The notes under the pieces: model-generated
Told to the model about the DNA's origin: nothing
Seen by the model: the letters and a program-made list of their open reading frames with translations, nothing else
Database searches by the model: none
Translations under genes and position numbers: made by a program
Assembly (NCBI GenBank): GCA_965214095.1
Contig: OZ243938.1
Location: forward strand, 1,568,001-1,632,000
From: Candidatus Poribacteria bacterium
GTDB lineage: Bacteria > Poribacteria > WGA-4E > WGA-3G
DNA: 64,000 bases
Reading direction: 5' to 3'
In this document: piece after piece, positions 21,541-32,614 of the stretch
How the letters are laid out: every line of letters starts with the position of its first letter
Position numbering within the stretch: the stretch's first letter is position 1

Positions 21541-23550
21541 ATGGAAAACAGAAAACCTATAATCCCTACATTTAGACCTTACCAAGACGCAGATGTGACA
21601 ACTTGGGGACTGCCCGATGGAGCAATTGCACGGTTAGGACGAGGCGTTATACGCGATATTGCAATTTCTTCAGAAAAAAGGATTTTTGCTGTTGCTACTC
21701 ACATCGGAACATGGATATATGAACTTGATACAAAGCAACCCGTTGCATTATTGGATACCGAAAGAGGTATGGTTAGTAACGTCGCTCTTTCTGGCAATGG
21801 TCAGTGGATTGCCACCAGTAATTGGGACTGTATCATTAAAGTACAAGAAACAGATACCCAACAGTGTGTTGCCAAAATACAAGGATGGTACAAAAACACC
21901 TCCCAACTCACCTTCTCACCTGACAATCAATATATTGCCGCAACGGGTTATGGATACGGAGACGTATATATGTGGCACACACAATCCGGGAAACATGTCG
22001 CAAGTTTCAGGTTGGAAGGTAGGGTGGAAGGGAAACGTAAGAAAGATGAAAGGTACCCCACCCGTTACCCAATCTGCTTTTCACCTGATGGGCAGCTGCT
22101 GGCTTATGCTTCTGATAAGTTCACTCTCACTGTCCGACACCTAAAATCGCAACAACGTATCGCATCTTTGCCTACAACTCTTCATCTATCCAGTCAATGT
22201 TATGTATATGGTCTCGTTTTCTCACCATGTAGTCAGTTTCTTGCTGCAAGTGTTCAAGATCTCAATACAGAAAAAAACATTGAGGTGCAAGTGTGGAATA
22301 TCAATAAAGAGACCTTAGAGACAACATACACAGACATCGGTGGAACTCGAGTGCTTCCTGCATATACCCCCGAAAATGCCTTACAAGTTGCTGTTACCTA
22401 TAAAAATAAGATCGTCATGTTAGATGGGTCTCAAGGAGAAAAACTTGACTCCATTGAATACCAAACTACTCCTAAAGCAGTCAATGTTTCTTCTGATGGA
22501 CAACTGTGGGTGATCATTACTTCGCATCAGATCAACGTATGGCAGGCAGATTCATCCATCACAGTAATTCCAATCGAAGAACCTTCTTCACCATCCAATG
22601 CTATGTTTTTCTCTCAATCGGATAATATGTTGATATGCAAGTACTGGAGCGAAAGTAGTATTGTCTTTTGGGATATTGGTAAGAAACAGAGGATTCGACC
22701 ACCGATTATGGTAAATAGTAACGGCAAAAAGTGTGCCCTGTCACCCTGTGAAAATTTGTTGGCTCTCATAGGAGAAGATATGCAGACGCTTGAAGTCTGG
22801 AATATCGCATCAGGAACTCAAATAGCAGAACTCTCCGAACATAAGAGTTCAATTTCTGCCATGGCCTTTTCACCTTCAGGTCAACACCTCATCAGCGGTG
22901 ATACTGATGGAAATCTTGTTGTGTGGAGTGTCCAGCGATGGGAAAAGCAGTACGCATTCATCGCTCATACAGATGTAATTAAAGCTATAGCCATTCACCC
23001 AAATTGTCAGAAATTTGCAACCGTCGAATGGGATGGTCCTGTCCATTTGTGGGATGTTACGAGTGGGAAACAACTTGGATCACCAAGTGTAGACTTCACT
23101 TTAGCTGATACATCTCTGTATAAAGGAGATGCACGTGAAATCCATCGTCATATCAATCAAAGTTCAAAAACGGAATGGATCAATTCCATTGCATTTTCTC
23201 CATGTGGTACATTTATTGCAGGTGGACTTTATGGAGAAGTGCGCTTCTGGGATTCAGCAACTTTAGAACCCTACATGGGGTTGATTCTACCCGAAAGTTG
23301 CTGGCGTGTCGGCAAGGTAGTATTTTCCCCATGTGGAAGGTATCTTGTCTCAGGTACTTGGTGGAACAAAACAGACAAAGTCTCCATCCGAATATGGGAA
23401 GTTGCTACTGGAGAAAACATCCATACATTCTGGGGACATCCATCAGATATTCAAAATCTCGCTCTTTCAAAGGGTGGAGAACTCTTGGCAAGTAGTAGTT
23501 ATGAGGGCACTATCTTGCTATGGGATCTTAAACCGTATATCAGCACATAA
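21541..23550 (+). CDS. WD40 repeat protein, array copy 5
   Basis: Same conserved termini; core related to copy 10. Confidence 0.92.
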   Translation: MENRKPIIPTFRPYQDADVTTWGLPDGAIARLGRGVIRDIAISSEKRIFAVATHIGTWIYELDTKQPVALLDTERGMVSNVALSGNGQWIATSNWDCIIKVQETDTQQCVAKIQGWYKNTSQLTFSPDNQYIAATGYGYGDVYMWHTQSGKHVASFRLEGRVEGKRKKDERYPTRYPICFSPDGQLLAYASDKFTLTVRHLKSQQRIASLPTTLHLSSQCYVYGLVFSPCSQFLAASVQDLNTEKNIEVQVWNINKETLETTYTDIGGTRVLPAYTPENALQVAVTYKNKIVMLDGSQGEKLDSIEYQTTPKAVNVSSDGQLWVIITSHQINVWQADSSITVIPIEEPSSPSNAMFFSQSDNMLICKYWSESSIVFWDIGKKQRIRPPIMVNSNGKKCALSPCENLLALIGEDMQTLEVWNIASGTQIAELSEHKSSISAMAFSPSGQHLISGDTDGNLVVWSVQRWEKQYAFIAHTDVIKAIAIHPNCQKFATVEWDGPVHLWDVTSGKQLGSPSVDFTLADTSLYKGDAREIHRHINQSSKTEWINSIAFSPCGTFIAGGLYGEVRFWDSATLEPYMGLILPESCWRVGKVVFSPCGRYLVSGTWWNKTDKVSIRIWEVATGENIHTFWGHPSDIQNLALSKGGELLASSSYEGTILLWDLKPYIST

Positions 23551-23645
23551 ATATGCCTTGTCATTTCTCTTGGTCAATTTCTTGAACAACTTAATTTGTA
23601 ACATTAACGACTCTCGCCATTTATAAGTGTAAAGGAGACATCATT

Positions 23646-25838
23646 TTGAGAAACAAACACACTTCAACTCCCGCTCTGCGACCACTTAACGACACAGATG
23701 TAACAACTTGGGAACTCCCTGAAGGCGCAATTGCTCGTTTAGGCAGAGGGCAGATAGGCAAAATAGCATTTTCACCCGATGGGACACATCTTGCTGTTCC
23801 AACACGTATCGGTTGTTGGTTGTATGACCTTGATACGATGACAAACCGCGCATTATGGGGAACAGAGCGTGGGATGGTCGCAACCATCTCATTTTCTGAC
23901 GATGCACAATGGGTTGCTACCAGCGACTGGGATGGTGTTGTGAAGATATGGAACACGCAAAACCTACAATGTGTCGCAGAAATAGATGTGCCCGAGGATT
24001 CGAGAGCTGTAAGAGTCGCGGCTACCAATGTCACCTTTTTGCCTGATAGACAACACTTAGCCATGTACTATTGTGACACATATTCCGACCAGACTCCAAG
24101 ATACTATGACAGACAGTGTGCCGTTTACGACTGGCGTACAGACATCGACACGCCTATCAAAAGCTACACAATAAAATCTGGGCGGGAAGGAGGCAACGTT
24201 GCTCCCAAAGTAATTTCATCAGATGGCAGCCTCTTTGCATACACGTCTGATGCAAACATGACATCCGTCATTTGTATGGAAACTAAGGAACTGATTGCAG
24301 AACTTCACGATGACTACACCGAAGAATCTGTAAGTGGATGTGACAGACTCGTTTTTTCTCCCTGTGGAGAGTATCTCGCCGCCTGTAACAGGGGAAACAA
24401 GGTGCATATATGGAATATACATAATGGCACCTTGGAAATGGCACCTACCACTTATGGTGAAAATCACTACATAATGTTTGGCATACCTTCTTATACGAAG
24501 GATGGGACCTTACAGGTTGCTGGTATCGGTGGCATGAAAGTCGTGTTATGGGATGCAGCTCAACAGGAGACAATAGATACTTTTGAATCTTGGAATCCGT
24601 CTAATATCAGTGCATGTTTTTCAAAAGATGGCACACGTTTTGCTGTTGCTAATGCACGCGGAGAACTCCATGTCTGGACAGAAGGGGCAGCAGCACTTGC
24701 ATCTCTCCCTGTACATCATCAGAACGCCGGTTCAGTAAGTTTTTCTAAAGATGGTCGTACACTGGTAAGTACACACCGGACCCATTCCGCAGTCTGTGTA
24801 TGGAATGTTACAAGCCGACAGGTTAAACGCACATTCCACTTTGAGAACAGGAACCCCAATATACCCGGTGGCATTGTTACCTCACCCGGTGGGGAACTAT
24901 TGGCAATCAACAAAGCAAAGGAAGATTCAATTAGTGTTTGGCATCTTCCATCTGACACACAAGTCACAGAATTCACCGGAAAAAAATTGAGAGTCAGAAA
25001 AATGGTGTTCTCACCAACTGGGGAATATCTTGTGAGTGTAAACAATCTTACCTCTATTAAAGTTTGGCATGTTGCATCCGGTACACAAGTCACTGAACTT
25101 CCCAAAAGTCCATCTTCACATGTGTTCAAGATAGGGTTCTCACCTACAGGGGCATACTTCGTTGTCATCTATGGAGATAGTATCGCTGTGTGGGATGTGC
25201 AGCAATGGGAAAAACACTATCACGCACCACTAACACCACAAACATATCCGGGCTGGAAGTTGCATTTTGATTTGGATGGTAAGCAGTTTTACACTCGTCC
25301 TCCAAGAGGAGCTGCTATAGTCTGGAATTTCAAAAGCGACGAACAAATCGGATTGCTTGATATTGAACCATGTATAGATACTTCTATATATAAAGGCATG
25401 CTACAAGACCTTCAACGTGCCCAAGAGCGTCAGAGGGAAGGTCCCCGTCGCATTAGAGCACTCCAGACTTCTACTTGTCATGACATTATCGCTGGTGGAA
25501 TGTGGGGTGAAATTAGACTTTGGGACGCAACTACCTTCAAAACGCTGATGGCACTAATTCAACCTACAGGATATCAAGCACCCTACGCGCTCGCATTTTC
25601 ACCATGTGGTAAATACCTTGCCTCTGGTTCTCGATGGGACCCGAAATGGGAAAAGGGACAGCAAAAAACCTCCGTCCGTTTGTGGGATATTGCCACGTGT
25701 GAAAATTTTCACACCTTCTGGGCACACCCTACTGATATATTATCGGTCAATTTTTCACCGGATGGCAAACTGCTGGCAAGTAGTAGTTATGATGGCACCA
25801 TCCTCCTTTGGGATGTAAAACCCTTTATAAGTGCTTAA
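23646..25838 (+). CDS. WD40 repeat protein, array copy 6
   Basis: Same conserved termini; AAGGAG RBS, TTG start. Confidence 0.92.
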   Translation: MRNKHTSTPALRPLNDTDVTTWELPEGAIARLGRGQIGKIAFSPDGTHLAVPTRIGCWLYDLDTMTNRALWGTERGMVATISFSDDAQWVATSDWDGVVKIWNTQNLQCVAEIDVPEDSRAVRVAATNVTFLPDRQHLAMYYCDTYSDQTPRYYDRQCAVYDWRTDIDTPIKSYTIKSGREGGNVAPKVISSDGSLFAYTSDANMTSVICMETKELIAELHDDYTEESVSGCDRLVFSPCGEYLAACNRGNKVHIWNIHNGTLEMAPTTYGENHYIMFGIPSYTKDGTLQVAGIGGMKVVLWDAAQQETIDTFESWNPSNISACFSKDGTRFAVANARGELHVWTEGAAALASLPVHHQNAGSVSFSKDGRTLVSTHRTHSAVCVWNVTSRQVKRTFHFENRNPNIPGGIVTSPGGELLAINKAKEDSISVWHLPSDTQVTEFTGKKLRVRKMVFSPTGEYLVSVNNLTSIKVWHVASGTQVTELPKSPSSHVFKIGFSPTGAYFVVIYGDSIAVWDVQQWEKHYHAPLTPQTYPGWKLHFDLDGKQFYTRPPRGAAIVWNFKSDEQIGLLDIEPCIDTSIYKGMLQDLQRAQERQREGPRRIRALQTSTCHDIIAGGMWGEIRLWDATTFKTLMALIQPTGYQAPYALAFSPCGKYLASGSRWDPKWEKGQQKTSVRLWDIATCENFHTFWAHPTDILSVNFSPDGKLLASSSYDGTILLWDVKPFISA

Positions 25839-25970
25839 AGCCATTCATGTCAATTCACCGATAGTATATCGGCTGCTGCTGGCATAGTGAACTCACCCAA
25901 CCAACTTCGTAATAAGCATGCTAGACACTTAAACCTCAAACACTTTTTGGCAACAACAGGAGGCACTTTT

Positions 25971-28007
25971 ATGGAAAACAGACAACCTTTAACTCCCGTA
26001 CTGCGACCACTTAACGACACTGATGTAACAACTTGGGAACTCTCCGAAGGTGCAATTGCCCGATTCGGACACGGATTGAGACTTGACGTAGAATTCTCAC
26101 CCGATGCCGCATATCTTTCCGTAGCAACAAAAATTGGATTCTGGCTATATGATACGGATACCCTTGCACCTCGCGCATTGTGGGGTACCGAACGCGGCAT
26201 GATGAATGTCGCCACCTTCTCGCATGATTCACGTTGGATTGCCACTGGTGACCAAGACGGGATTCTCAAGGTGTGGGATACACAAAACGGACAGTGCGTT
26301 GCAAAAACTGACTGGGGAGGTACTGAGGAACGCAATGTCATCCTTCATGCCCACTTTTCACTGGACGATCAATATCTCGCTGCTTCCGGTTTTGGACATA
26401 GTGCTGTCTATACCTGGAATAGAGAACTCAACGCACCTATCAGGAATTTTAAACTTGAAAAGCCAAAATTAGCGGATTATAGAAAAGAAGGTACTTCTTA
26501 TGACAGATATTTTCCCATCGCTTTTTCACCCAACAGTAATCTATTCGCTTATGTGTCTTCACCGGAAGCAGTAACGGTTTCAGATATAAACACAAGTGAA
26601 GAGATAGCACACCTCACGGGACACACTACCCCATTACATACCCTCCTGTTTTCACCCTGTGGACAACACCTTGCGAGTGCAAGTCGTGGCACTGCAGTTC
26701 AAGTATGGGATATTCATAATGAATCTCTTGTTATGGCACCCAAAACATATCAAGGTGAAAGAGTAAGACTTGCGTACACACCAGATGAGACATTACGTGT
26801 TGCAGACATTTATAATGACAAAGTGGTAATGTGGGATGCTTCACAGCACAAAAAGTTGGATACCTTCAACACTATTGGGAATACAGACAGTAAGGCAAGG
26901 TTTTCAAACGATGGAACAAAATTCGCAATTACATGCAGGAACCGCAAAATCCAAATATGGCATGAAGATGATTCTACTACAAAATCGTTCTTTTCTGGAT
27001 ATGGAAGTATTCCTTATTCGGTGGCATTTATGCAGGATAACAAAACATTGATCGGTGGGAACTGGGGAGGTACTGGTAAGTTATTTTGGGATATAAATAG
27101 ACGGGAAGTCCAGCGGATACTGCCACCAGAGAAACGCAGTTCTTCCAGAGGATGCATGACGTTGTCTCCAGATGATCAACTCTTGGCTATTGATACAGGA
27201 GACAATGATATACACGTCTGGCATGTTGAAACTGATGAATTAGTTGCAGAACTAACAGGACATGAAAATCGGATTTATTCGTTGACGTTTTCTCCTACCG
27301 GTAAATACCTTGTCAGTGGAGGATGGAAAGACGAATTATACGTTTGGGATGTCGCGCGCTGGGAAAAACATCACACACTTATAGGACATACAAGTTCAAT
27401 TGAGGCAATTGCATTCCATCCTGATGGAAAACGGTTCGTTACCTCCTCCAGGGATGGAACAGCCTTGCTATGGAATGTTGAAACCGGAGAACAAATCTCA
27501 CCACTTCCTTTACCTGAAACCTTAGAGGATGTCTCTCTATACAGGGGTGAACCAGACGAAATTGAACGAGTTATCAATGGTGGGAATCTTCAATATAAGA
27601 AATATCAACACATGCAATCTATTGTTTTTTCGCCTTGTGGCAACTGGATTGCTGGTGGACTCGGCACATGGATCGCTGATGCGTTAATAAATGAAATCCG
27701 ATTGTGGGACACAGAAACGTTAGAAACACGCATGATATTCCTTCAACCTCATGGATGTATTCGTCCGTGGGCATTAGCATTTTCTCCGTGTGGAAAGTAT
27801 CTCGCATCAGGTGCTTGGTGGAAATGGGGATTAGACAAAGCACCTATCCACTTGTGGGAAATGACGACTGGCGAAAATATCCATACTTTCTGGGGACACG
27901 CATCGGATGTTCAAGATGTAGCCTTTTCACCAGATGGAAAATATTTGGCAAGTGGCAGTTATGATGGCACTGTCCTATTGTGGGCTATGGAACCATTTCT
28001 TGATTAG
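25971..28007 (+). CDS. WD40 repeat protein, array copy 7
   Basis: AGGAGG RBS before ATG 25971; canonical GH...WD blades. Confidence 0.92.
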   Translation: MENRQPLTPVLRPLNDTDVTTWELSEGAIARFGHGLRLDVEFSPDAAYLSVATKIGFWLYDTDTLAPRALWGTERGMMNVATFSHDSRWIATGDQDGILKVWDTQNGQCVAKTDWGGTEERNVILHAHFSLDDQYLAASGFGHSAVYTWNRELNAPIRNFKLEKPKLADYRKEGTSYDRYFPIAFSPNSNLFAYVSSPEAVTVSDINTSEEIAHLTGHTTPLHTLLFSPCGQHLASASRGTAVQVWDIHNESLVMAPKTYQGERVRLAYTPDETLRVADIYNDKVVMWDASQHKKLDTFNTIGNTDSKARFSNDGTKFAITCRNRKIQIWHEDDSTTKSFFSGYGSIPYSVAFMQDNKTLIGGNWGGTGKLFWDINRREVQRILPPEKRSSSRGCMTLSPDDQLLAIDTGDNDIHVWHVETDELVAELTGHENRIYSLTFSPTGKYLVSGGWKDELYVWDVARWEKHHTLIGHTSSIEAIAFHPDGKRFVTSSRDGTALLWNVETGEQISPLPLPETLEDVSLYRGEPDEIERVINGGNLQYKKYQHMQSIVFSPCGNWIAGGLGTWIADALINEIRLWDTETLETRMIFLQPHGCIRPWALAFSPCGKYLASGAWWKWGLDKAPIHLWEMTTGENIHTFWGHASDVQDVAFSPDGKYLASGSYDGTVLLWAMEPFLD

Positions 28008-28083
28008 CATATATATGCATCAGATTGAACTAAAGTATTCTTTAGTGTCCAAACAAGCTGTAGCAATTGCTGAGGAGATTATT

Positions 28084-30075
28084 ATGTATCATAATCAAAT
28101 CTATAATACGAATCAAATGAAGTCTGATAATACAGATGTAACAACATGGGAACTCCCCGATGGCGCAATCGCCCGATTAGGACGGGGTTGGGTGCGCCGA
28201 GATATAGCATTTTCACCTAAAGGGGTGTGTCTAGCTATTGCGACAGACATCGGTTGTTGGTTATATGACCTTGATACGATGGTGCCACGTGTGTTGTGGG
28301 ATACAGAACGGGGGATGGTTTCTGCCATCTCCTTTTCACACGATGCACGATGGATTGCTACCGGAAACACCGATGGCACCTTGAAGATATGGTCCACAGA
28401 AACTCTCCAATACATCATAGAAATTGAAACCGGAAAACCTGTTTTCCAACTTAGCTTTTCACCAGATGGACAGTACTTAGCATGTGTCAGTAAAATGTCT
28501 ACGGGAAGTTGTCGAACAAGTATTTATATTTGGCGTGAAAACACCGGCACACCGATCATAGATTTCTCTTTTACATCTAAGCCAGGCGGGCATAATTCAT
28601 ACGCAACAGCTTTTTCACATAATGGTGAACTATTTGCATATACGTCTGATTATAATATCATATCTGTAATAAATGTAGAGACGAATGAATGTATCGCTCA
28701 ACTTCCGGAAGTATCCACTGAACAACGGTCCGCTGTTGGTCCTCAACTCATTTTTTCTCACTGCGGGAAGTATCTTTCTGGCTACATTCGAAAAAATAGG
28801 ATCTACGTTTGGGATCTCTTCTGCGGTACAATGGAAAAATCGATGGAATATAATAAAATCAATAGGTTGATCCCGACCTTCACATCTGATAGTACTTTGC
28901 GGGTAGCATGTATCTCTGACAACGAGGTGGTCATCTCAAACGCAGCTCAGCAGGAGAAAGTGGATACCTTTGAAATTTGGGGACCGTCTGAAGTATCAGC
29001 TTGTTTCTCAGCAGATGGATCAAGATTTATTATTTCGAATAGACGCGGCGACCTTTACATGTGGACAGAAACCTCTTCTCCATCTGTAAATATTCTCACT
29101 GGACATTTGCCAGGGGTTAGACAGGTAGGTTTTTCTAAAGATAGCAGAACACTAGTGAGTAATTACGATTATCGAGCTGGATGTCGGTTATGGAATGTTG
29201 AGAGTAAACGGGTCGGATTGACCTTTCTTTTTCAATATTCGGATCGTAATTCACCCGGTAAGATGGTTATCTCCCAAGGTCAGGAATTCTTCGCTACTAC
29301 TAACGGAAACGGTATTAATATTTGGGATATAGCATCTGGCACACAAATATCAGAACTTACCGTAAAGCCTACAAGTGTACGCAATATGGCTTTTTCACTA
29401 ACTGGGGAATATCTCATAGGAAACCACAGAGGAGGAGTTACAGTATGGAATACGATGCAATGGGAAAAGTGCTATACTCTGAGTATTGAACAAATTGATC
29501 TCCGTAAAGCTCGGTTGCTGTTTCATCCAAACGGTGAGTTTTTTATAATTATTCCGCGTGAAGGGGATAATCTTATTTGGGATCTCAAGAGTGGTGATCA
29601 AGTTGGCACACTATCCACAGCAATGTGCTCAGATATCACCCTATTTAGAGGTCTAAAAACGGACATCCAGAGAGCTCCTAAACAGCAAACACACCCTCGA
29701 CGTGTATGGGGATTTGAGGCATCCCCTCGTGGCACACTTCTCGCTGGGGGAATGTGGGATGAAATTAGAATTTGGGACGCTGCTACCTTAGAAACGCGTA
29801 TGGTCATAATTCCACCTGAAGGATGTCAAAAGCAGCATACGCTTGCATTTTCCCCTTGTAGCCGCTACCTTGCCTCCGGTACATGGTGGCAAAGGGGTCA
29901 GAAGAAGGTATCCATCCGGTTATGGGAGGTAGCTACAGGTGAGAATATACATACTTTCTGGGGACACCCTACTGATGTGCAGTGTCTCGCTTTCTCACCG
30001 GATGGCAGGATTTTGGCAAGTGGTAGTTTTGATGGCACCATCCTCCTCTGGGATATGAAACCATTTATAAATTAA
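28084..30075 (+). CDS. WD40 repeat protein, array copy 8
   Basis: GAGGAG RBS; class-B N-terminus MYHNQIYNTNQMKSDNTDVTTW. Confidence 0.92.
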   Translation: MYHNQIYNTNQMKSDNTDVTTWELPDGAIARLGRGWVRRDIAFSPKGVCLAIATDIGCWLYDLDTMVPRVLWDTERGMVSAISFSHDARWIATGNTDGTLKIWSTETLQYIIEIETGKPVFQLSFSPDGQYLACVSKMSTGSCRTSIYIWRENTGTPIIDFSFTSKPGGHNSYATAFSHNGELFAYTSDYNIISVINVETNECIAQLPEVSTEQRSAVGPQLIFSHCGKYLSGYIRKNRIYVWDLFCGTMEKSMEYNKINRLIPTFTSDSTLRVACISDNEVVISNAAQQEKVDTFEIWGPSEVSACFSADGSRFIISNRRGDLYMWTETSSPSVNILTGHLPGVRQVGFSKDSRTLVSNYDYRAGCRLWNVESKRVGLTFLFQYSDRNSPGKMVISQGQEFFATTNGNGINIWDIASGTQISELTVKPTSVRNMAFSLTGEYLIGNHRGGVTVWNTMQWEKCYTLSIEQIDLRKARLLFHPNGEFFIIIPREGDNLIWDLKSGDQVGTLSTAMCSDITLFRGLKTDIQRAPKQQTHPRRVWGFEASPRGTLLAGGMWDEIRIWDAATLETRMVIIPPEGCQKQHTLAFSPCSRYLASGTWWQRGQKKVSIRLWEVATGENIHTFWGHPTDVQCLAFSPDGRILASGSFDGTILLWDMKPFIN

Positions 30076-30395
30076 CGACTTGTGCTAAAAAACTAAATGT
30101 TAAGTATTGATTCACACATTCAGGTCCTTTTGTCCGTATTTCTTTCACTTAAGATGCTCTTTAGTCCCGTATGAAGATAAAAAACAAATAGGGTAATTTG
30201 ACTTCAAAGTCCAGCGCGCTTACAAAGCGCGCCTACGGGTTTGACAAGCGCGCAAGCAAAGCACGCCTACAGGTCTTGGGTTAATTAAGATTAACCGTTT
30301 AATAAATTAATCTTCATTAGGGACGATATGCTTATAGTGTTAATGCTATTAAATGTAAAAACCAACAAGACAGAATGTTAACTGGCACAAGTCGT
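30075..30395. mobile_element. MITE (IS982-like AC ends) with a nested second MITE and REP hairpins
   Basis: Perfect 11-bp TIR ACGACTTGTGC / GCACAAGTCGT; 6-bp duplication AAATTA at 30069-30074 and 30396-30401. Inner IR GTCCCGTATGAAGAT / ATCTTCATTAGGGAC spans 30164-30324. Confidence 0.8.
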
Positions 30396-30478
30396 AAATT
30401 AGCATATATGTGCATCAGATTGAACTAAAATATTCTTTAGTGTCCAAACAAGCCGTAGCAATTGCTGAGGAGATTATT

Positions 30479-32560
30479 ATGCATCATAATCAAAACTATA
30501 ATACGAATCAAATGAAGTCTGATAATACAGATGTGACAACTTGGAAACTTCCTGAAGGTGCGATCGGCAGATTAGCCAGAGGACGCGTGTCAGATATGTC
30601 CTTTTCAACTGATGGTAAATATCTTGCCGTCGCAACCCCCATCGGCTGTTGGTTGTATGATAGATTGTCGCTGAAACCACTTGACTTGTTTGAAACAGAA
30701 AGTGGAATGCTTAATACCATTGTCTTTTCACGCGATACCCGGTTGATTGCCACCAGTAATTTTGATGGCGTAGTGAAGGTATGGGACGTACAAACGCTAA
30801 AGTGTCTCGCAAAGATAAACCATCGCAAGAATATAGATGCAACTTCAGGATATTCTTGGAACCTCCATTTTTCTTGGGACAACGCATACTTAGCAGCATC
30901 TTGTTTTGACAAACAAAATGTTGTCTACGCGTGGCACAAAAACACTGATGAACCTATCACGATATTTCCGATTGACGTAGCAGAAGAGAGCGGACACCAT
31001 TTTCCTATCTGTTTTTCTCCGATAGGGAACTTACTTGCATACGTATCTGCTGGAACACCGCATCACACTCTCACCATTTCCGATATAGAGACCAGTGAAC
31101 ACATCACACATCTCAACTGCATAGCACCATTGGTATACCGAGGTCTTGTCTTTTCTCCTTGTGGGCAATATATAGCTGCTGCTAATCAGAACAATGAAGT
31201 CTTGGTGTGGAATGTTTACAACGACACTTTGGAAATGGAACCCACTACTTATGATGGGAGGAGGTTAATCCCTGCCTATACACCCGATGGCACACTACGC
31301 GTTGCCGATATTTACGACTATAAAGTTGTAATATGGGATGCTATCCGAAAAGAAAAAATAGATACATTTGACCGTCAGAACCCCAGACATGATCATTTTT
31401 TAAGCGGACATCAGGAACATTTTTCAAGCGATGGCTCGTATGTCGCAACGATCCTCTCACGTAGCAATCTTTGTGTGTGGACAGTCGGGTCACCATCAAC
31501 CAAAGTTTCAAGTCCTGCTGATCATAAACCTGTTGCACATTCGGTTGCTTTTTCTAAAAACGGAAAGACATTAGCAAGTGGACATGGGTTTGGTATGTAT
31601 CACGTATTCTGGGATGCTGCACAAAGACAAACAGAACAAATATTCCCAATGCCAAATATCCAAGCACAACGTACAACTCTAACTAAAGACCTAACAGAAG
31701 AAGAGAAACAGCAGTGGTACCGTGTCAGTGCTTTGTCGCCTTGTGGAGAACGACTGACACTTCGCGACCTTCCGAGGGGGTCAGTTGAAATTTGGGATAT
31801 TGCGTCTGAAACCCTCATTACAGAACTATCGGACAGTAACAGATTTAGATCTTGGCGTGAAATGCGTTTTTCACCTACAGGTGAACATTTTATCGGCATA
31901 ACAGCTACAGGTGATATTGATGTCTGGGATACACAGTCCGGTGAGAAAGTCAATACACTCGCAGGAGATAACCGACTGATTTTGACAACTGCGTTTCACC
32001 CTGATGGTAAACAACTCGCTGCAGCACTAACAGAGAGTGCTGGAATGCTTTGGGATATTGACAGCGGTGAACAACTCGGAGTTTTCCCCACAGAACTACC
32101 AGAAGATACCTCCCTCTATAGAGGCGATCCAGAGCAGATACACCAATATATTCAAAAATATAAAAAAAGAAGTGGCTATAAGTGCATCCCTTACAAACTC
32201 GTCTTCTCTCCTTGTGGCACGACGATCGCCTGTGGGATAAAAGATCATATCCAGTTGCGAGACACAGATACCTTAGAAACACAGATGCTCATACTGCTAC
32301 CAAAAACGTGCACCAAACCGTTTGCGCTTACATTTTCCCCCTGCGGAAAATACCTCGTCTCTGGGTCGTGGTGGATAAAGGGATTGGACAAAGTATCCAT
32401 AAGAATATGGGAAGTCGCAACGGGTCAAAATATACACACATTCTGGGGACATACAACAGATGTGCAGGATTTAGCATTTTCACCGGATGGCAAATATCTC
32501 GCAAGTGGCAGTTATGATGGCACCATCCTGTTCTGGGATATGAAACCATTCATCAATTAG
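30479..32560 (+). CDS. WD40 repeat protein, array copy 9
   Basis: Class-B N-terminus; mosaic of copy 11-like and copy 14-like segments. Confidence 0.92.
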   Translation: MHHNQNYNTNQMKSDNTDVTTWKLPEGAIGRLARGRVSDMSFSTDGKYLAVATPIGCWLYDRLSLKPLDLFETESGMLNTIVFSRDTRLIATSNFDGVVKVWDVQTLKCLAKINHRKNIDATSGYSWNLHFSWDNAYLAASCFDKQNVVYAWHKNTDEPITIFPIDVAEESGHHFPICFSPIGNLLAYVSAGTPHHTLTISDIETSEHITHLNCIAPLVYRGLVFSPCGQYIAAANQNNEVLVWNVYNDTLEMEPTTYDGRRLIPAYTPDGTLRVADIYDYKVVIWDAIRKEKIDTFDRQNPRHDHFLSGHQEHFSSDGSYVATILSRSNLCVWTVGSPSTKVSSPADHKPVAHSVAFSKNGKTLASGHGFGMYHVFWDAAQRQTEQIFPMPNIQAQRTTLTKDLTEEEKQQWYRVSALSPCGERLTLRDLPRGSVEIWDIASETLITELSDSNRFRSWREMRFSPTGEHFIGITATGDIDVWDTQSGEKVNTLAGDNRLILTTAFHPDGKQLAAALTESAGMLWDIDSGEQLGVFPTELPEDTSLYRGDPEQIHQYIQKYKKRSGYKCIPYKLVFSPCGTTIACGIKDHIQLRDTDTLETQMLILLPKTCTKPFALTFSPCGKYLVSGSWWIKGLDKVSIRIWEVATGQNIHTFWGHTTDVQDLAFSPDGKYLASGSYDGTILFWDMKPFIN

Positions 32561-32614
32561 TTTATGTGCGTCATGTTGATCTAAACAACTGTAGCAATCG
32601 CTGAGGAGATTATT

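Noticed and set aside
27934-28083. In-frame upstream extension MHQIELKYSLVSKQAVAIAEEII before copies 8 and 9
   Set aside because: It arises from the duplicated spacer. The GAGGAG RBS and sister copies 10, 13 and 14 place the start downstream.
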